Shown here piece by piece: positions 17,583 through 28,916 of a stretch of 64,000 nt of DNA. The stretch covers positions 224,001-288,000 of the forward strand of contig JBBRSP010000003.1 of assembly GCA_038245295.1 (NCBI GenBank). Direction: 5' to 3'. The first letter of the stretch is position 1. Each line of letters starts with the position of its first letter. Source of the DNA: Candidatus Binatia bacterium (GTDB lineage: Bacteria > Desulfobacterota > Binatia > HRBIN30). A program made the translations under genes and the position numbers. Below the pieces are notes generated by a model. That model ran no database searches and was not told the origin of the DNA. It saw only the letters and a program-made list of their open reading frames with translations.

Positions 17583-19979
17583 TCAGAATCCGGTGTCGTC
17601 GCCGTGTTCTTGGGACGGCGCCGCCTCATTGCGCGGTGCCCGTTGGCGGAAGGTCTCGGTCGGCATCTCGGTGTTGACGGCGGGCTCGGCCGCGTCTTCC
17701 GGCGTCGGGCGAGGCTCGGCGGCAAGGACCATCTTGGGTTCACTGCCGCTGCGGAAACATTCCATGATCGCCCCAGTCGAGCCCGGATAGGTGCGACGGC
17801 CGGAAGCTCGGTCGACGGGCACCAGCGTGATGCCGCTGGGTACGTCGAAGTCGAGGACCGGCTGGTCGGCGAGGGCGGTCTTCATGAAGTCGAGCCAGAT
17901 CGGTGCGGCGGCATGACCACCCGTTTCGCCTTTGCCCAGGGTGCGTTTCTCATCGAATCCCACCCAGAAGCCGGCGAGGAGTTGCGGCGTGTAGCCGATG
18001 AACCAGGCGTCGTTCATGTCGTTGGTCGTGCCGGTTTTGCCGGCGGCTGGTCTTTCGATCGCCTTGGCGCGTGTGCCGGTGCCGCGTTGGATGACATCCT
18101 GCAGCATACTGGTGATCATGTAGGCCGTCTCCGGCGAGATGGACGGCTGGACCTGCGGCGGCGCCTGGTCGATGATGTCACCGCGACTGTCCGTCACCTT
18201 GGTAATGAAGCGCGGCTCGGCATGCAGGCCGTGGTTGGCGAACGCCGTGTAGACCGAGCTCAGCTCGATCAACGTCACCTCAGAAGATCCGAGAGCGATC
18301 GACAGGTTCGGCGGCAGCGGGCTGTGGATGCCGAGACTGCGAATGTACGTGACCAATGGTTTGACGCCGACCTTGAGTGCCAGCTTGATTGTCGGGACAT
18401 TGCGCGAGTGGGTCAGCGCTTCGCGCAGCGTCACCGGGCCGGCGAACTTGTTGTCGTAGTTCTTCGGGCTCCACAGGCGGTTGTTGTCGCGGAACGAGAT
18501 CGGCGCGTCGACGACCACGCTGGCGGGTGTCATGTTGTCGTCGAGGGCGGCGGCAAAAATCAGCGGCTTAAATGCCGAGCCCGGCTGGCGCAGGCTCTGG
18601 GTGGCGCGGTTGAACTGACTGGTGTCGAAGTTGGTGCCGCCTACCAGAGCTTTGACGTCGCCGGTGAGCGGGTCGAGGACGACGGCGGCACCCTGCACCA
18701 GCGGGTCTTCGTCCGCGGCCATGACCCAACCTTCCGGTCCTTCGGTGGGGCTAAGCACACGGGCTCGGATGACATCCCCGGGATGCAGGGCACGAGTACG
18801 GTCGTCGACGGCGTTGAGCACGCCACGATACTTGCCGAACTGCAGGCGCGGCGCGCCTTTGACGTTGCCGTTGGTGATGACGACCTCGACGAGGTCGGCG
18901 ACTTCGGGCGCCTTGTCGCCGAGGACGCGCTCTTGGGTTGCGAGGAATGGGGCGATCTCTTCGCGTTCCAGATGGCGTAGCGTGCCGCCATAGTGTTGGC
19001 GCTGTTCGAGGACGCGTGTGCCCTGGCGCACCGCACGCTCCGCCATCTCCTGCATCTTGACGTCGAGGGCGGTGTAGACGCGCAGGCCAAGGCCATAGGC
19101 CGACGCGCCGTACTTGTCCTCGATCAATCTCCGGACGTACTCGACGTAGTACGGGGCGGTAACGAAGCTGCCTTTGCGTGGTGGCAGGGAAATAGGTTCG
19201 CGTGTTGCCAGCACGGCTTCCGAGCCCGAGATGAAGCCGACCTCGGCCATACGTTCGAGCACATAGCGTTGGCGCGCCTTGGCGCGCGGCCAGTGCTTGA
19301 ATGGCGAGTAGGCGCTCGGTGCTTGAGGCAGGCCGGCGAGCAAGGCGGCTTCGGCCAGGGTGATCTGATCGATGCTCTTTCCAAAATACTCGTTTGCCGC
19401 CGCTGCTACGCCGTAGGCGCCGCTGCCGAGGTAAATGTGGTTGAGGTAGAGGTAGAGGATCTGATCTTTGCTGAGCTGGCGCTCCAGGCGCAGCGACAGG
19501 ATCATCTCCTTGAGCTTGCGTTCGTAACTCTTCTTCGGCGAGAGCAGGAGTTGCTTGACGACCTGCTGGGTGATCGTGCTGCCGCCCTGCACACGTCCGC
19601 CGGCTGCCGCGTTGCTGACCGCGGCGCGCATAATGCTGATCGGGTCGACGCCACTGTGGGTGTAGAACTGGTCGTCTTCGGCCGCCAGGAACGCTTCGCG
19701 CACGAACTGGGGGATGCGTTCGATAGGAACCAGGTAGCGCTTTTCGAAATAGAACTCGCCGACGACGCTGCCGTCGTTGGCGAGGATCTGCGTGCTGGCC
19801 GGTGGTTGATATTGCGACAAACTATCGAGTGACGGCAGGTTGGTGCTCAGGTCCCAGTAGGTCATCGCGCCGGCCGCGACGACTGCCACGATAGCCAGTA
19901 GCGTGACGAAGTAGAGGAAATTGCGAATCGCACGGCCGGTGCGCCGCAGCGCACCCCAGCGATCCTCAGGCTGAGACAT
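17583..19979 (-). CDS. mrcA: Class A penicillin-binding protein 1A
   Basis: AEDDQFYTH, QGGSTITQQ, RKLKE, YLNHIYLG; SxxK (GSAFK), SRN, GKTGT. Confidence 0.92.
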   Translation of the reverse strand: MSQPEDRWGALRRTGRAIRNFLYFVTLLAIVAVVAAGAMTYWDLSTNLPSLDSLSQYQPPASTQILANDGSVVGEFYFEKRYLVPIERIPQFVREAFLAAEDDQFYTHSGVDPISIMRAAVSNAAAGGRVQGGSTITQQVVKQLLLSPKKSYERKLKEMILSLRLERQLSKDQILYLYLNHIYLGSGAYGVAAAANEYFGKSIDQITLAEAALLAGLPQAPSAYSPFKHWPRAKARQRYVLERMAEVGFISGSEAVLATREPISLPPRKGSFVTAPYYVEYVRRLIEDKYGASAYGLGLRVYTALDVKMQEMAERAVRQGTRVLEQRQHYGGTLRHLEREEIAPFLATQERVLGDKAPEVADLVEVVITNGNVKGAPRLQFGKYRGVLNAVDDRTRALHPGDVIRARVLSPTEGPEGWVMAADEDPLVQGAAVVLDPLTGDVKALVGGTNFDTSQFNRATQSLRQPGSAFKPLIFAAALDDNMTPASVVVDAPISFRDNNRLWSPKNYDNKFAGPVTLREALTHSRNVPTIKLALKVGVKPLVTYIRSLGIHSPLPPNLSIALGSSEVTLIELSSVYTAFANHGLHAEPRFITKVTDSRGDIIDQAPPQVQPSISPETAYMITSMLQDVIQRGTGTRAKAIERPAAGKTGTTNDMNDAWFIGYTPQLLAGFWVGFDEKRTLGKGETGGHAAAPIWLDFMKTALADQPVLDFDVPSGITLVPVDRASGRRTYPGSTGAIMECFRSGSEPKMVLAAEPRPTPEDAAEPAVNTEMPTETFRQRAPRNEAAPSQEHGDDTGF

Positions 19980-20096
19980 GCGCGGAGATAAATGGAAAGG
20001 GTAGGGCGTCGCAAGGGTCGAGCCGGGCCGATACCCGCACCCCTCTCTTGCCCTTCTGCGCTCCCGCCTGCGATAAGGCGCGCGTGGGGATGTTGA

Positions 20097-22496
20097 ATGG
20101 CTGAGAGCGCAAGCCAGCGCGCCGAACGTGAGGTGGGTCGACGACGGCCCGGTTTCCGCCTGTTGGAGGAGATCGGCACGATTGTCACCGAATCCTCCGA
20201 CTTCGGCGCCAGCCTGCAGGGAATCGTGCGCAGCGTGGCGCGGCACATGTCGATGGAGGTGTGCTCGATCTACGTGTACGACCCTGCCCGCCGCCTGCTC
20301 ACTTTGATGGCAACCGCGGGGCTGGATCCTTCCTCAGTTGGACGTATCACCATGAGTGTCGACGAGGGACTCACCGGCATTGTCGTCGAGAAACTGCAAC
20401 CGGTCATGGCCATCGATGCGTTGACGCACCCGCGGTACAAGTATTTCCCCGAGACCGGTGAAGAGCGCTATCACTCTTTCCTCGGCGTCCCGGTGGTCGA
20501 TCGTGGACAGCCGGTGGGTGTGCTGATTCTCCAAACGTCCCGCCGTCGTCGTTTTACGACGAGTGAGGTGCGGCTGCTGCGCGCCATTGCCGTGCCGATC
20601 TCGTCGATCCTGGCGCAGACGCAGCTGCAGGCCAACCTCGCAACCAAAGAAGAAGAGCGCCTCACCTACCAGCGGCGCATGGACGACGCGATCCGTCGTC
20701 TGGAAGGATATCGTTCAACCCCGGAGGCGCATTCGCACGACGGCGGCCAGGTGCGTCTGCTGGGTGTGCCGGCGGCGCCGGGTTACGGTATCGGGCGCGC
20801 TCATTTGATCAAGCCCGACGTCAGTTTCAGCGGCTTGCCACGTCAGCGCACCGGCTCGGTCAAAAGCGAGTTGGCGCGCATCGAGGCTGCCAAGAAGCGT
20901 TCGGCGCGTGAGCTCGATCGCACCAAGGAGCGCATCGTTGCGACGGTGCCGGAGATCGACGCGACGATGTTCGACGCCCAGCGCATGATGCTCGAAGATC
21001 CGAGTTTCGAAGCGCGCATCGAGGCGGCGATCCGCGAGGGGCTGAGCGCCGAGGCGGCGCTCGAGGAGGCGGTGGAGGGACTGTCGCGCCACTTCACCGA
21101 GCTCGACGACGCATACTTCAAAGACCGCGCCGCCGACATCAAAGACATCGGCCAGCGTCTCTTGCGCCATCTGCTCGGCGTGCGCGAGAAGACGCGTCAG
21201 TTCGTCAGCTCGGTGGTGCTGGTCGGTGCGGACATCGCGCTGTCGGATCTGTCGCTGGTCGAACAGGAGGGCCTGCGCGGCGTCGTCCTGGCGCGCGGCG
21301 GCGGCACGTCGCATGCGTCCATCCTGGCGCGCTCGCTGGAAATTCCGACGGTGGCCGGCGCCGAACATGCCGACACGGTCATTCGCGAAGGCGACCACAT
21401 CATCGTCGACGGCAATGCCGGCCTGGTTTACGTCAACCCGACTCCGGAAATCGTCAAGGAATATGACCGGCTGACCAAGGAGTACCGCGCCTTCAATCGC
21501 GATCTCGAGACCCTACGTCTGTTGCCGGCGGAGACTCCGGACGGTCACCACGTGGCGCTGTGTGCCAACATCGGCCTGCTCGGCGACCTGCACCTGGCGA
21601 ATCTACACGGCGCCGAGGCGATTGGTCTGTACCGCACCGAGATCGCCTTTCTGTCGCATCGCGACTTCCTCGCCGAGGAAGAGCAGGTCGAGCTGTATCA
21701 TCGAATCGTGACGCGGATGGAGGGTAAGCCGGTGACCATCCGCACCCTCGACGTCGGTGCCGACAAGTACCCGCGTTATCTCAATGCGCCGCAAGAGGAC
21801 AATCCATTCCTCGGCTGGCGTTCGATCCGCGTGTCGCTGGAGTTGACGGAGGTATTCAAGGCGCAGTTGCGGGCGATCCTGCGTGTCAGCGCGGCGGGGC
21901 CGGTGCGACTCATGTTTCCGATGATCTCGGGAGTCGAGGAGATTCGTCGCGCCAAGGAATTGCTGGCCGAGGCGCGTGATGAGCTGACCATGGCGGGGCA
22001 GCCCTTCGATCCGAATCTGCCGGTGGGCATCATGATCGAGGTGCCGTCGGCGGTGCAGTTGGCCGATCAGTTGGTCAAGGAGGTCGACTTCGTCAGCATC
22101 GGGACGAACGATCTCATTCAATATGTGCTGGCCGTCGATCGCAACAACCGCAAGGTGGGATCCATGTACGAACCGCTGCATCCGGCGGTGATTCAGGCGT
22201 TGGCCGTGGTCGTGCGGGCGGCGCGGCGGGCCGGCAAACAGGTGGCGATCTGCGGCGAGATGGCCTCGGATCCCATGTGTGCGCTGTTGCTCGTTGGTCT
22301 CGGGCTCGACAACCTCAGCATGAGCTCGTTTTTCATCCCGATCATCAAGCGACTGATCCGTGCCGTTCCGTACGGCGTGGCGCAAGATCTCGCCAAACAG
22401 GTTCTCACCTTCAGCACCGTGGCGGAAATCAAGAGTCACGTGTTCACGGTGATGCGTGACCTCAACCTGATCGACCTGATCGAGATGTACCATTAG
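20097..22496 (+). CDS. ptsP: GAF-domain PEP-protein phosphotransferase, enzyme I(Ntr)
   Basis: N-terminal GAF (YFPETGEERYHSFLGVP), TSHASILAR, GLYRTE, NPFLGWR, SIGTNDL, ICGEMA. Confidence 0.95.
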   Translation: MAESASQRAEREVGRRRPGFRLLEEIGTIVTESSDFGASLQGIVRSVARHMSMEVCSIYVYDPARRLLTLMATAGLDPSSVGRITMSVDEGLTGIVVEKLQPVMAIDALTHPRYKYFPETGEERYHSFLGVPVVDRGQPVGVLILQTSRRRRFTTSEVRLLRAIAVPISSILAQTQLQANLATKEEERLTYQRRMDDAIRRLEGYRSTPEAHSHDGGQVRLLGVPAAPGYGIGRAHLIKPDVSFSGLPRQRTGSVKSELARIEAAKKRSARELDRTKERIVATVPEIDATMFDAQRMMLEDPSFEARIEAAIREGLSAEAALEEAVEGLSRHFTELDDAYFKDRAADIKDIGQRLLRHLLGVREKTRQFVSSVVLVGADIALSDLSLVEQEGLRGVVLARGGGTSHASILARSLEIPTVAGAEHADTVIREGDHIIVDGNAGLVYVNPTPEIVKEYDRLTKEYRAFNRDLETLRLLPAETPDGHHVALCANIGLLGDLHLANLHGAEAIGLYRTEIAFLSHRDFLAEEEQVELYHRIVTRMEGKPVTIRTLDVGADKYPRYLNAPQEDNPFLGWRSIRVSLELTEVFKAQLRAILRVSAAGPVRLMFPMISGVEEIRRAKELLAEARDELTMAGQPFDPNLPVGIMIEVPSAVQLADQLVKEVDFVSIGTNDLIQYVLAVDRNNRKVGSMYEPLHPAVIQALAVVVRAARRAGKQVAICGEMASDPMCALLLVGLGLDNLSMSSFFIPIIKRLIRAVPYGVAQDLAKQVLTFSTVAEIKSHVFTVMRDLNLIDLIEMYH

Positions 22497-22572
22497 GAAG
22501 CGGGCCCGGCGTGCTTGCGCCGATTTCTTGTCTCGCATAGAAGCAGCGCCGGTCTGCAAAAGGAGGTCGCGG

Positions 22573-23064
22573 GTGGTTGATCTGGCGAAATGCCGATGGG
22601 GCGGGTGCGTGGGGCGCGCGCTTGTCCTGGTTTTACTGACGACGTGCCTGGTGCGTGTCGCTGCGGCCGCGCCCGAGCCGAAGGGCAAGGCGATCTCGGC
22701 AGAGGTGACGCAGGGACTGACGACGATCAACGAGACGCAACGCGGTGTCGCAACGACTTTGGGCGAGCTGCGCGACCAGATTGATTCGCTGCGCCGCAGC
22801 GTCAGCGACATCCGCGAAGATTTGCGCCGCAGTGACGAGATCGTCCAGGCGATCAGTGAACAGACGAAAGGGATGCGCGAGGAAGTTCGCGGCCTTTACG
22901 TCGAGAGTAGCGGGCTCAAGGGCGATATCGCGGCCGTCGGCAAGGATATCGAGGCCCTACGCGCCGATCTGGCGAGCTTCCGCACCAGTGCCGGGTTGAT
23001 CATCGGGCTGGTGATCGTCCTGCAGGTGGTGCTGTTTTTCATGATGCTGCGCAACCGGCGCTGA
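22573..23064 (+). CDS. Exported coiled-coil protein with C-terminal TM anchor
   Basis: AGGAGG RBS, signal peptide, heptad pattern, hydrophobic tail + RNRR. Confidence 0.7.
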   Translation: MVDLAKCRWGGCVGRALVLVLLTTCLVRVAAAAPEPKGKAISAEVTQGLTTINETQRGVATTLGELRDQIDSLRRSVSDIREDLRRSDEIVQAISEQTKGMREEVRGLYVESSGLKGDIAAVGKDIEALRADLASFRTSAGLIIGLVIVLQVVLFFMMLRNRR

Positions 23065-23082
23065 CCGGGCAGGGGAGTTCAG

Positions 23083-23598
23083 GTGGCCAACGCTTGCGCC
23101 CTGTTGATGCTGCTCCTGGTCGGGGTTGGGCATGCGGAGTCGAACTCGGCTCCGGAGGGTTTTGGCAAGGCGGCGTTTGGCGCTTCGATGAAAACGGCGC
23201 GTGCCGCTCTCCCCGAGATGAAGAGCCTGCCGGTGCCGCCCAACGCCGGCTTTCTGGGCAACCCAAAGCTCGGTCGTTTCGTCCTGTCACAGCAAAAGCT
23301 CGAGGGCCTGTCGGCGCCGGTTGAGGTCGAGCTGCGCTTTTGGGAAGACCACCTGTGGACCGTGATTGTCTATGCCGGCAGCAATCCGTTTGATGCGGTG
23401 TTGCAGATGCTCGAGGCCAAGTATGGCCCCCCTAGCAATCGTGACCGGTCGCCGACCTGGGTATGGCCGACCCGCAACCTGGTCACCGCCCCGGCGCAAC
23501 AGTGGTACAGCATTGCCGACAAGGAGATCGGCCGCGCCGCGCAGGCAGCCCTGATGGAGTCGTTGCACCAGGCACCGCCGCCGGCCGAGCCCAAGTGA
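23083..23598 (+). CDS. Hypothetical exported protein (likely paralog of 33656..34213)
   Basis: Signal peptide; PEGFGK..FG, L..KYGPP. Confidence 0.72.
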   Translation: MANACALLMLLLVGVGHAESNSAPEGFGKAAFGASMKTARAALPEMKSLPVPPNAGFLGNPKLGRFVLSQQKLEGLSAPVEVELRFWEDHLWTVIVYAGSNPFDAVLQMLEAKYGPPSNRDRSPTWVWPTRNLVTAPAQQWYSIADKEIGRAAQAALMESLHQAPPPAEPK

Positions 23599-24521
23599 GA
23601 GCGCGCTTCCTGCTGCTGGCGACGCTGGCACTGCTGGCGAGTTGCAAGCCGGCGCCACCACCGCCGCATGAGCCGACGGCCGAGGAAGTGTCGGCCGTCG
23701 AAGCCAAAATCCAGAACTACTTTCGCCGCGCAGTGCGTGTGCCCGACGGTGTTGGCATGCGACTCGTCGACATTGCCTTGTCGCCGATTCCCGATCTGTT
23801 GACGGCACGTCTGGAGATATCCCGGTCGGGCCAACTGCAACGCCTGCCGATCGCCTTCTCGCGTGACGGACAGTTCATGATTCAAGGTGAGCTGAACGAT
23901 CTGAATGCCGACCCGGAAGCCGCCATCATGCAACGAATCAATCTCGAGGCGGCGCCAAGCCGCGGTGCCGCGACGGCTCCGGTGGTAGTCGTCGAGTATC
24001 TCGACCTGCAATGCCCCTTCTGCGCCGAGGCCCATCGCATGTTGCAGACGCAGTTGCTGCGCGAATACGACGGCAGGGTGCGATTGGTCGCCAAACATTT
24101 CCCGATCACCAGCTTGCACCCTTGGGCGGAGAGCGCGGCCAATGCCACCGAATGCGCCAAACTGCAGACCGAAGGACTGTTCTGGCACCTGCATGACGCG
24201 CTGTTCGAGGCGCAGCACGAAATCACACCTCTCAACCTGAAGGAGCGCAGCGTCACGGTGGTGCGGGACGGTGGCGGCGATGTCGGTCTCTTCGAGCGCT
24301 GTCTGGAAAACCGCGACGGCCTGGAGAGGGTGAGGGCGGACATCGCCGAGGGGAGCTCGATTGGCGTGCGCTCGACGCCGACGTTCGTCATCAACGGACG
24401 CGTCGTCGAGGGTGCGGTGCCGTTCGAATCGCTGCGCGCCATTGTCGACGAGCAACTGGCGAGTCCAACAATCGCCGCAGCGGCACGAATGCAAAACGGG
24501 AGACCGGGGACCGACCGCTGA
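23595..24521 (+). CDS. DsbA/DsbG-like thiol-disulfide oxidoreductase lipoprotein
   Basis: Lipobox LLASC, EYLDLQCPFC, KHFP, GVRSTPTFVING; GTGA overlap with the upstream gene. Confidence 0.88.
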   Translation: MRARFLLLATLALLASCKPAPPPPHEPTAEEVSAVEAKIQNYFRRAVRVPDGVGMRLVDIALSPIPDLLTARLEISRSGQLQRLPIAFSRDGQFMIQGELNDLNADPEAAIMQRINLEAAPSRGAATAPVVVVEYLDLQCPFCAEAHRMLQTQLLREYDGRVRLVAKHFPITSLHPWAESAANATECAKLQTEGLFWHLHDALFEAQHEITPLNLKERSVTVVRDGGGDVGLFERCLENRDGLERVRADIAEGSSIGVRSTPTFVINGRVVEGAVPFESLRAIVDEQLASPTIAAAARMQNGRPGTDR

Positions 24522-24807
24522 CCACCGGGAGCAACGGCAGGGCTCCTCGCCTGTCGGTTGTCAGTCCTCCCTTCCCGGCGCGTGACGCCCTCCGTTGGGT
24601 CTACTCGCCGACCGATGCCCGGCGCCCAACTTCACTATTGTTGTTGACGAATGACGAGGAAGGATGGTACCCAACATCCGTTTTGCTGGGGCGGGAGAAG
24701 TGTGTAAGCACAGAGTCAGCAAGTCAGCCAAAGCAAAGCGAATTTTGACTGCCTGCGATGATCGCCCACGGGCGCGAATCGCGAAGACCGATTGATGAGA
24801 GGATAGC

Positions 24808-27435
24808 ATGCTGCGACGGCAAGTAGTGACGATTGCGAAGTGGATCCCGATCGCGGGGCTGGTGGTGGCGATTGCTGGGTGCGGCGGCGATTCCGGTGCG
24901 TCGATTACACCTCACGGCGGCGGCACAACCGGGCCGCGTGTCAGTGGCACCGTCTTCGGCCCGAACGGCCAGCTCACCTCGCTCCACGTCGGCTTCACCG
25001 AACGCCTGGCGCGCCTGGCCATCGATCAGGCCATGGCGCTTACCGGCAGCGTGCACGCCGTCGGTCGTAACAATGAAGTGCGTTTGCTGCAGCGACGCGG
25101 CTCTGGCGAGCAGCAGCTCCTGGCGACCACTACCACCAACGATCAAGGCCAGTTTGCCTTCAATCTGCCGCCCGATACCACGGTCGACACCTGTCGCTTC
25201 CTGATCTCGGCAGGCCCTGTGGGGTCGCCGACGCGCGCCTTCGTGACGCAAGACCAAGCACCTGTGCAAGTCGACCTCGTCAGCGAGGCCACGGTCCGTC
25301 TGGTGCTGGCAGCCGCCGGGGTAAATCTCTGCCGCTACTCGACCGAAGACCTCGTAGGGATCCAGGCCTCCATCAAAGCGGTGCCCGAGTCGATCGTCTG
25401 CACCTCCGCCGCCGAGTGTAATCAAGAGGCGACCGACGCCGCGGCACGCGACGAGAACGTGCAGGCCGCCGTGGCCGCACCGATCGCAACAGTGACGCCG
25501 CGTCCTGCCACCGCTACCCCGCTCAACACCGCCACCAAGGTGAGCACGGCAACGCCTAGCCTGTCGCCCACGGTTCCGACGCCAACGCGGACCATGACCG
25601 CGACGCTCGTCCCAACAGCCACCTTCTCGCTGACTGCAACGCCGGTGCTGCCAACGCGGACGTTTACGCCGACGTTGACGCCGACCTTCACGTTCACCAA
25701 CACATTGTCACCTTTACCGACCCACACACCGACGTCGACGCAGACGAACACCCCGGTCGGCCCGACGAATACGCCGACCGAGACGTTCACGTTGACGCCG
25801 ACCTTCACCTTTACGCCGACGTTCACCAGCACATCGAGTCCCACGTCTACCAATACACCGCTCCCGTCGTTGACACCGACCGAGAGCTTTACACCAACCG
25901 AGACGCTCACGCCGGCACCGACGGCAACGATCACCGACACGCCTCTACCGTCGGAGACCCCGACGATCACGTTGACCCCCGAGCCGTCGAATACGCCGAC
26001 CGAAACCGGCACGCCGACAATCACGGCGACGGTCACCTTGACGCCGGAGTTGACCTTCACGCCGACGCACACGTTCACGTCGACGCAGACGGAAACGCCG
26101 AGCTTTACGGCAACCGCTTCGCCGACCGATACGCCAACCCCTGCTCCGACAGCGACGACTACGGCAACCCGTACCGTCACGGTGGCGGCCGCCTGCGGTA
26201 ACGGCGTTACCGAGAACGCCAATGGCGAGGAATGTGATGACGGTGGCTTCTGTGCCGGTGGCGCTAACGCCGGTACCGCTTGCACTGGTGATGCTCAATG
26301 TGAAGGGAACGGCGCTTGTATCGTCGGCAATCTTGGCGCCGCCTGCGCGAGCGATACGGACTGCGGCGGCGCGCCGCGCTCGTGTGTTCGCTGTCGGCCC
26401 GTGGGCGGTGACGGCTGTGCCTCGAACTGCACCATCGAGACAAACATCCCGATCAACCTTCTCAAGGGTAGCGTCAACAGTCCGGCTACGACGAGCACCG
26501 CCCAGATTCATGGCGAAATACTGAACCTGCCGTTACTCCTCGAGGGCATCCAGACGCTGACGGTCGGCAAGTCCCGCAACGGCATCGTGCCGGTGGTCAT
26601 CAAGGCCGACTCAACGCAACTCCCGCAGATTCGCGTCGGTCAGATCGCCTGTGCCTGTGTGCGCTCACAGGCCGCGAAGAGCTGTGGTGGCACTACCTTC
26701 AACATCGACGGCGTTACCGCCACGCAGAGCTGCACCCTGACCGACGATTGCGCCTCACTGGGCTTGCCGCCATGCGCGTTCGTTCACGGCCCGGGAAACT
26801 CGGCGCAGGGCGGCATCGGTTGCGGCGGGTTGAGCAACATCGACCTCAACTTCAGCCAGGATGCCGGTGGCATGCCTGAGCCGCCGGCACCGACGCCTCC
26901 TCCTGAGGCCGGAAGCCCCGTCATCCAACTCAGCGGCAGCGGTGGTCCTGGGTCGGCTCTGTTCGTCAACACAAGTAGGATCGGGACGACGACGCCACCA
27001 GGGAACAACGGCACGAACCCGTGCATCGTTCAGGCGCAGAATGCCGGTACGGATGCCGCCCTGCCGTACGGACCGGATTTGAAGTTCTGCACCGATGACG
27101 ACCCGGAAACCTCACGCGGCAACCCGAATACGCTGCCCCTCGTTAGCGGTATGGCTACTGGATTGATCACGAACCACTACTTCGCGATGCCGCCGGGGAC
27201 TGCTCCAGGTCCCATCGGACCGTACACGGTGCTCGGTCAACCGTTCGATTGCACCGCGCTCATGGCCCCGACGCCGTCGGCGGCGGGCGCAAAGCTGGTT
27301 GGTGCGTTCACGGCGCTGAACATGGCCGTTACGGGAGATATCGTCGTGACCAACCAGTTCGTCTACGACAACCGGTATACGCCAACCAATACCCGTGTCG
27401 CGACCGCTACGCCGACCCCGACCAAGAAGCCTTAG
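24808..27435 (+). CDS. Large surface lipoprotein: Thr/Pro linker, Myxococcus-type Cys-rich repeat, conserved C-terminal domain
   Basis: Lipobox IAGC; about 230-aa TP linker; CGNG...EECDDG...GDGCASNC; ends [19 protein letters not shown]. Confidence 0.8.
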   Translation: MLRRQVVTIAKWIPIAGLVVAIAGCGGDSGASITPHGGGTTGPRVSGTVFGPNGQLTSLHVGFTERLARLAIDQAMALTGSVHAVGRNNEVRLLQRRGSGEQQLLATTTTNDQGQFAFNLPPDTTVDTCRFLISAGPVGSPTRAFVTQDQAPVQVDLVSEATVRLVLAAAGVNLCRYSTEDLVGIQASIKAVPESIVCTSAAECNQEATDAAARDENVQAAVAAPIATVTPRPATATPLNTATKVSTATPSLSPTVPTPTRTMTATLVPTATFSLTATPVLPTRTFTPTLTPTFTFTNTLSPLPTHTPTSTQTNTPVGPTNTPTETFTLTPTFTFTPTFTSTSSPTSTNTPLPSLTPTESFTPTETLTPAPTATITDTPLPSETPTITLTPEPSNTPTETGTPTITATVTLTPELTFTPTHTFTSTQTETPSFTATASPTDTPTPAPTATTTATRTVTVAAACGNGVTENANGEECDDGGFCAGGANAGTACTGDAQCEGNGACIVGNLGAACASDTDCGGAPRSCVRCRPVGGDGCASNCTIETNIPINLLKGSVNSPATTSTAQIHGEILNLPLLLEGIQTLTVGKSRNGIVPVVIKADSTQLPQIRVGQIACACVRSQAAKSCGGTTFNIDGVTATQSCTLTDDCASLGLPPCAFVHGPGNSAQGGIGCGGLSNIDLNFSQDAGGMPEPPAPTPPPEAGSPVIQLSGSGGPGSALFVNTSRIGTTTPPGNNGTNPCIVQAQNAGTDAALPYGPDLKFCTDDDPETSRGNPNTLPLVSGMATGLITNHYFAMPPGTAPGPIGPYTVLGQPFDCTALMAPTPSAAGAKLVGAFTALNMAVTGDIVVTNQFVYDNRYTPTNTRVATATPTPTKKP

Positions 27436-27463
27436 AGACGAACCTACAAATCCTTTCGTTCGT

Positions 27464-27499
27464 AAAGCGCCGTAGTCCCATGCTGGACTACGGCGCTTT
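27464..27499 (+). terminator. Hairpin / probable intrinsic terminator
   Basis: Perfect 15-bp stem aaagcgccgtagtcc / ggactacggcgcttt, 28 nt after the stop. Confidence 0.75.
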
Positions 27500-27590
27500 G
27501 CGTTGGGGAAGGTGATTCGGGGATCCTCGGCTTTATTGCACCAAAATGTAGATTGACAACCCGCCGGGCTGGGCGAATGGAGGAGGTGCT

Positions 27591-28916
27591 GTGAAACGAA
27601 TTGATCCTGGGGCGATCGCTGCCGCGCTGGCGGTGCTCAGCGGCTGCGTCGCTCTCGTGGCGGGCGCGAGGCCCGCGCGCGCGTACAACTGCAGCGGCAC
27701 GCCTTGGCAGACGATTACCGTGGCGCAGTCGGATGTGATCATCAATCACTCGAGTACCTACACCGTCGATACCCATGTACCGGCGTTGAATGGTTGCGAT
27801 GTGACGACGAATACAACGGTAAGCCTGACTCTGCCGGCGGATACCGATACCGGCTCCATCAGTACGGGGTCGGTGAATGGGGTGAGCATCACGACGGCGT
27901 TCACCCACAGTGCACAGAGTGTGTCGTTCAAATCGCCGGTGGCTGTCGCCGACAACGGTCAATTCGAGCTGGTCCTGGTTGGCGTTACCAACCCGAGTGC
28001 GGCGGGCGATCTTTCGTTGTCGATCGGCGCCAGCCCGGAGCTCGGAGGCGGTGCTATTGGTCAGACCGCATCGAATCTGTATGCCGTCGCTGTCGCCACG
28101 CCAACCCCGAGCATGACGGTGACCGCTACGTTATCCCCGACACGCACAATGACGCCAACCTTGACGGCGTCGTCTACACCGAGCTTCACTCAACCCACGG
28201 CGACACCGACGCCGTCGCTCACGCCGACCGCGACGGCGGCGTTCTGTGGCGGTGGTATCGCTACCAACCCATGCTCACGCAGCGGTGGACCGAAGCCCAA
28301 GGACTGTCCGCTGGAATGGCTCCTGATGCCGGCTCCACTGCCCGATCGACAGGGTTTCCCCAAGAACAGTCTGAGCTGCTTCGAAGGTGACCCGGCTTGT
28401 GATCAGGACGCGAATATCGCGAACAGCAGTTGCACCTTTCGTGCAATTGCCTGCATCAATAACCAGGATCCGCGTCTCGCCTGCACACCGACTGACGTGG
28501 CGTCGATCGACGTGAAGTCGCCGAACCCGGCCCACCCTCGCGACGCCGCCGATAGTGCGAATGTCGCGCTTCTCGAGGCGCAACGCGGCGCGAGTGGCCT
28601 GGGCGTGACGGTGCGGCGCGGCGCGACGACCATTTTCAGCGGCCGCCCGAACGCTGCGCCGAATGCATGCACTGCAGCGATGGATCTGATCGTCCCACTC
28701 AAGCAGACTGCCGCTGGTTTGGTGAAATCGACGAAGAGCTTCAAGCTGAAGGCTGTGACCGCCTCTGGAATCAAAGACCTCGACGTCATCCGTTTGCAGT
28801 GCAAGCCGAGTACGTGCGGGGACGGCATCGTTCAGGGCGATCACGAGACATGCGACGACGGTAACCGCCTCGACGGAGACGGCTGTAACCGTGGCTGCAT
28901 GGTGGAGATTCCATGA
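27591..28916 (+). CDS. Secreted Cys-rich protein with C-terminal Myxococcus Cys-rich repeat (DUF4215-like)
   Basis: GGAGG RBS, signal peptide, beta-sandwich-like N-domain, TP linker, CGDG...ETCDDGNRLDGDGCNRGC. Confidence 0.8.
   Translation: MKRIDPGAIAAALAVLSGCVALVAGARPARAYNCSGTPWQTITVAQSDVIINHSSTYTVDTHVPALNGCDVTTNTTVSLTLPADTDTGSISTGSVNGVSITTAFTHSAQSVSFKSPVAVADNGQFELVLVGVTNPSAAGDLSLSIGASPELGGGAIGQTASNLYAVAVATPTPSMTVTATLSPTRTMTPTLTASSTPSFTQPTATPTPSLTPTATAAFCGGGIATNPCSRSGGPKPKDCPLEWLLMPAPLPDRQGFPKNSLSCFEGDPACDQDANIANSSCTFRAIACINNQDPRLACTPTDVASIDVKSPNPAHPRDAADSANVALLEAQRGASGLGVTVRRGATTIFSGRPNAAPNACTAAMDLIVPLKQTAAGLVKSTKSFKLKAVTASGIKDLDVIRLQCKPSTCGDGIVQGDHETCDDGNRLDGDGCNRGCMVEIP

Noticed and set aside
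24522..24807. Possible riboswitch upstream of the surface lipoprotein
   Set aside because: No c-di-GMP, cobalamin or other consensus could be matched by eye
25422..26285. Long Val/Gly-rich minus-strand ORFs (also 29983..30792, 54301..55449, 55459..56580)
   Set aside because: Antisense shadows of Thr/Pro linker codons
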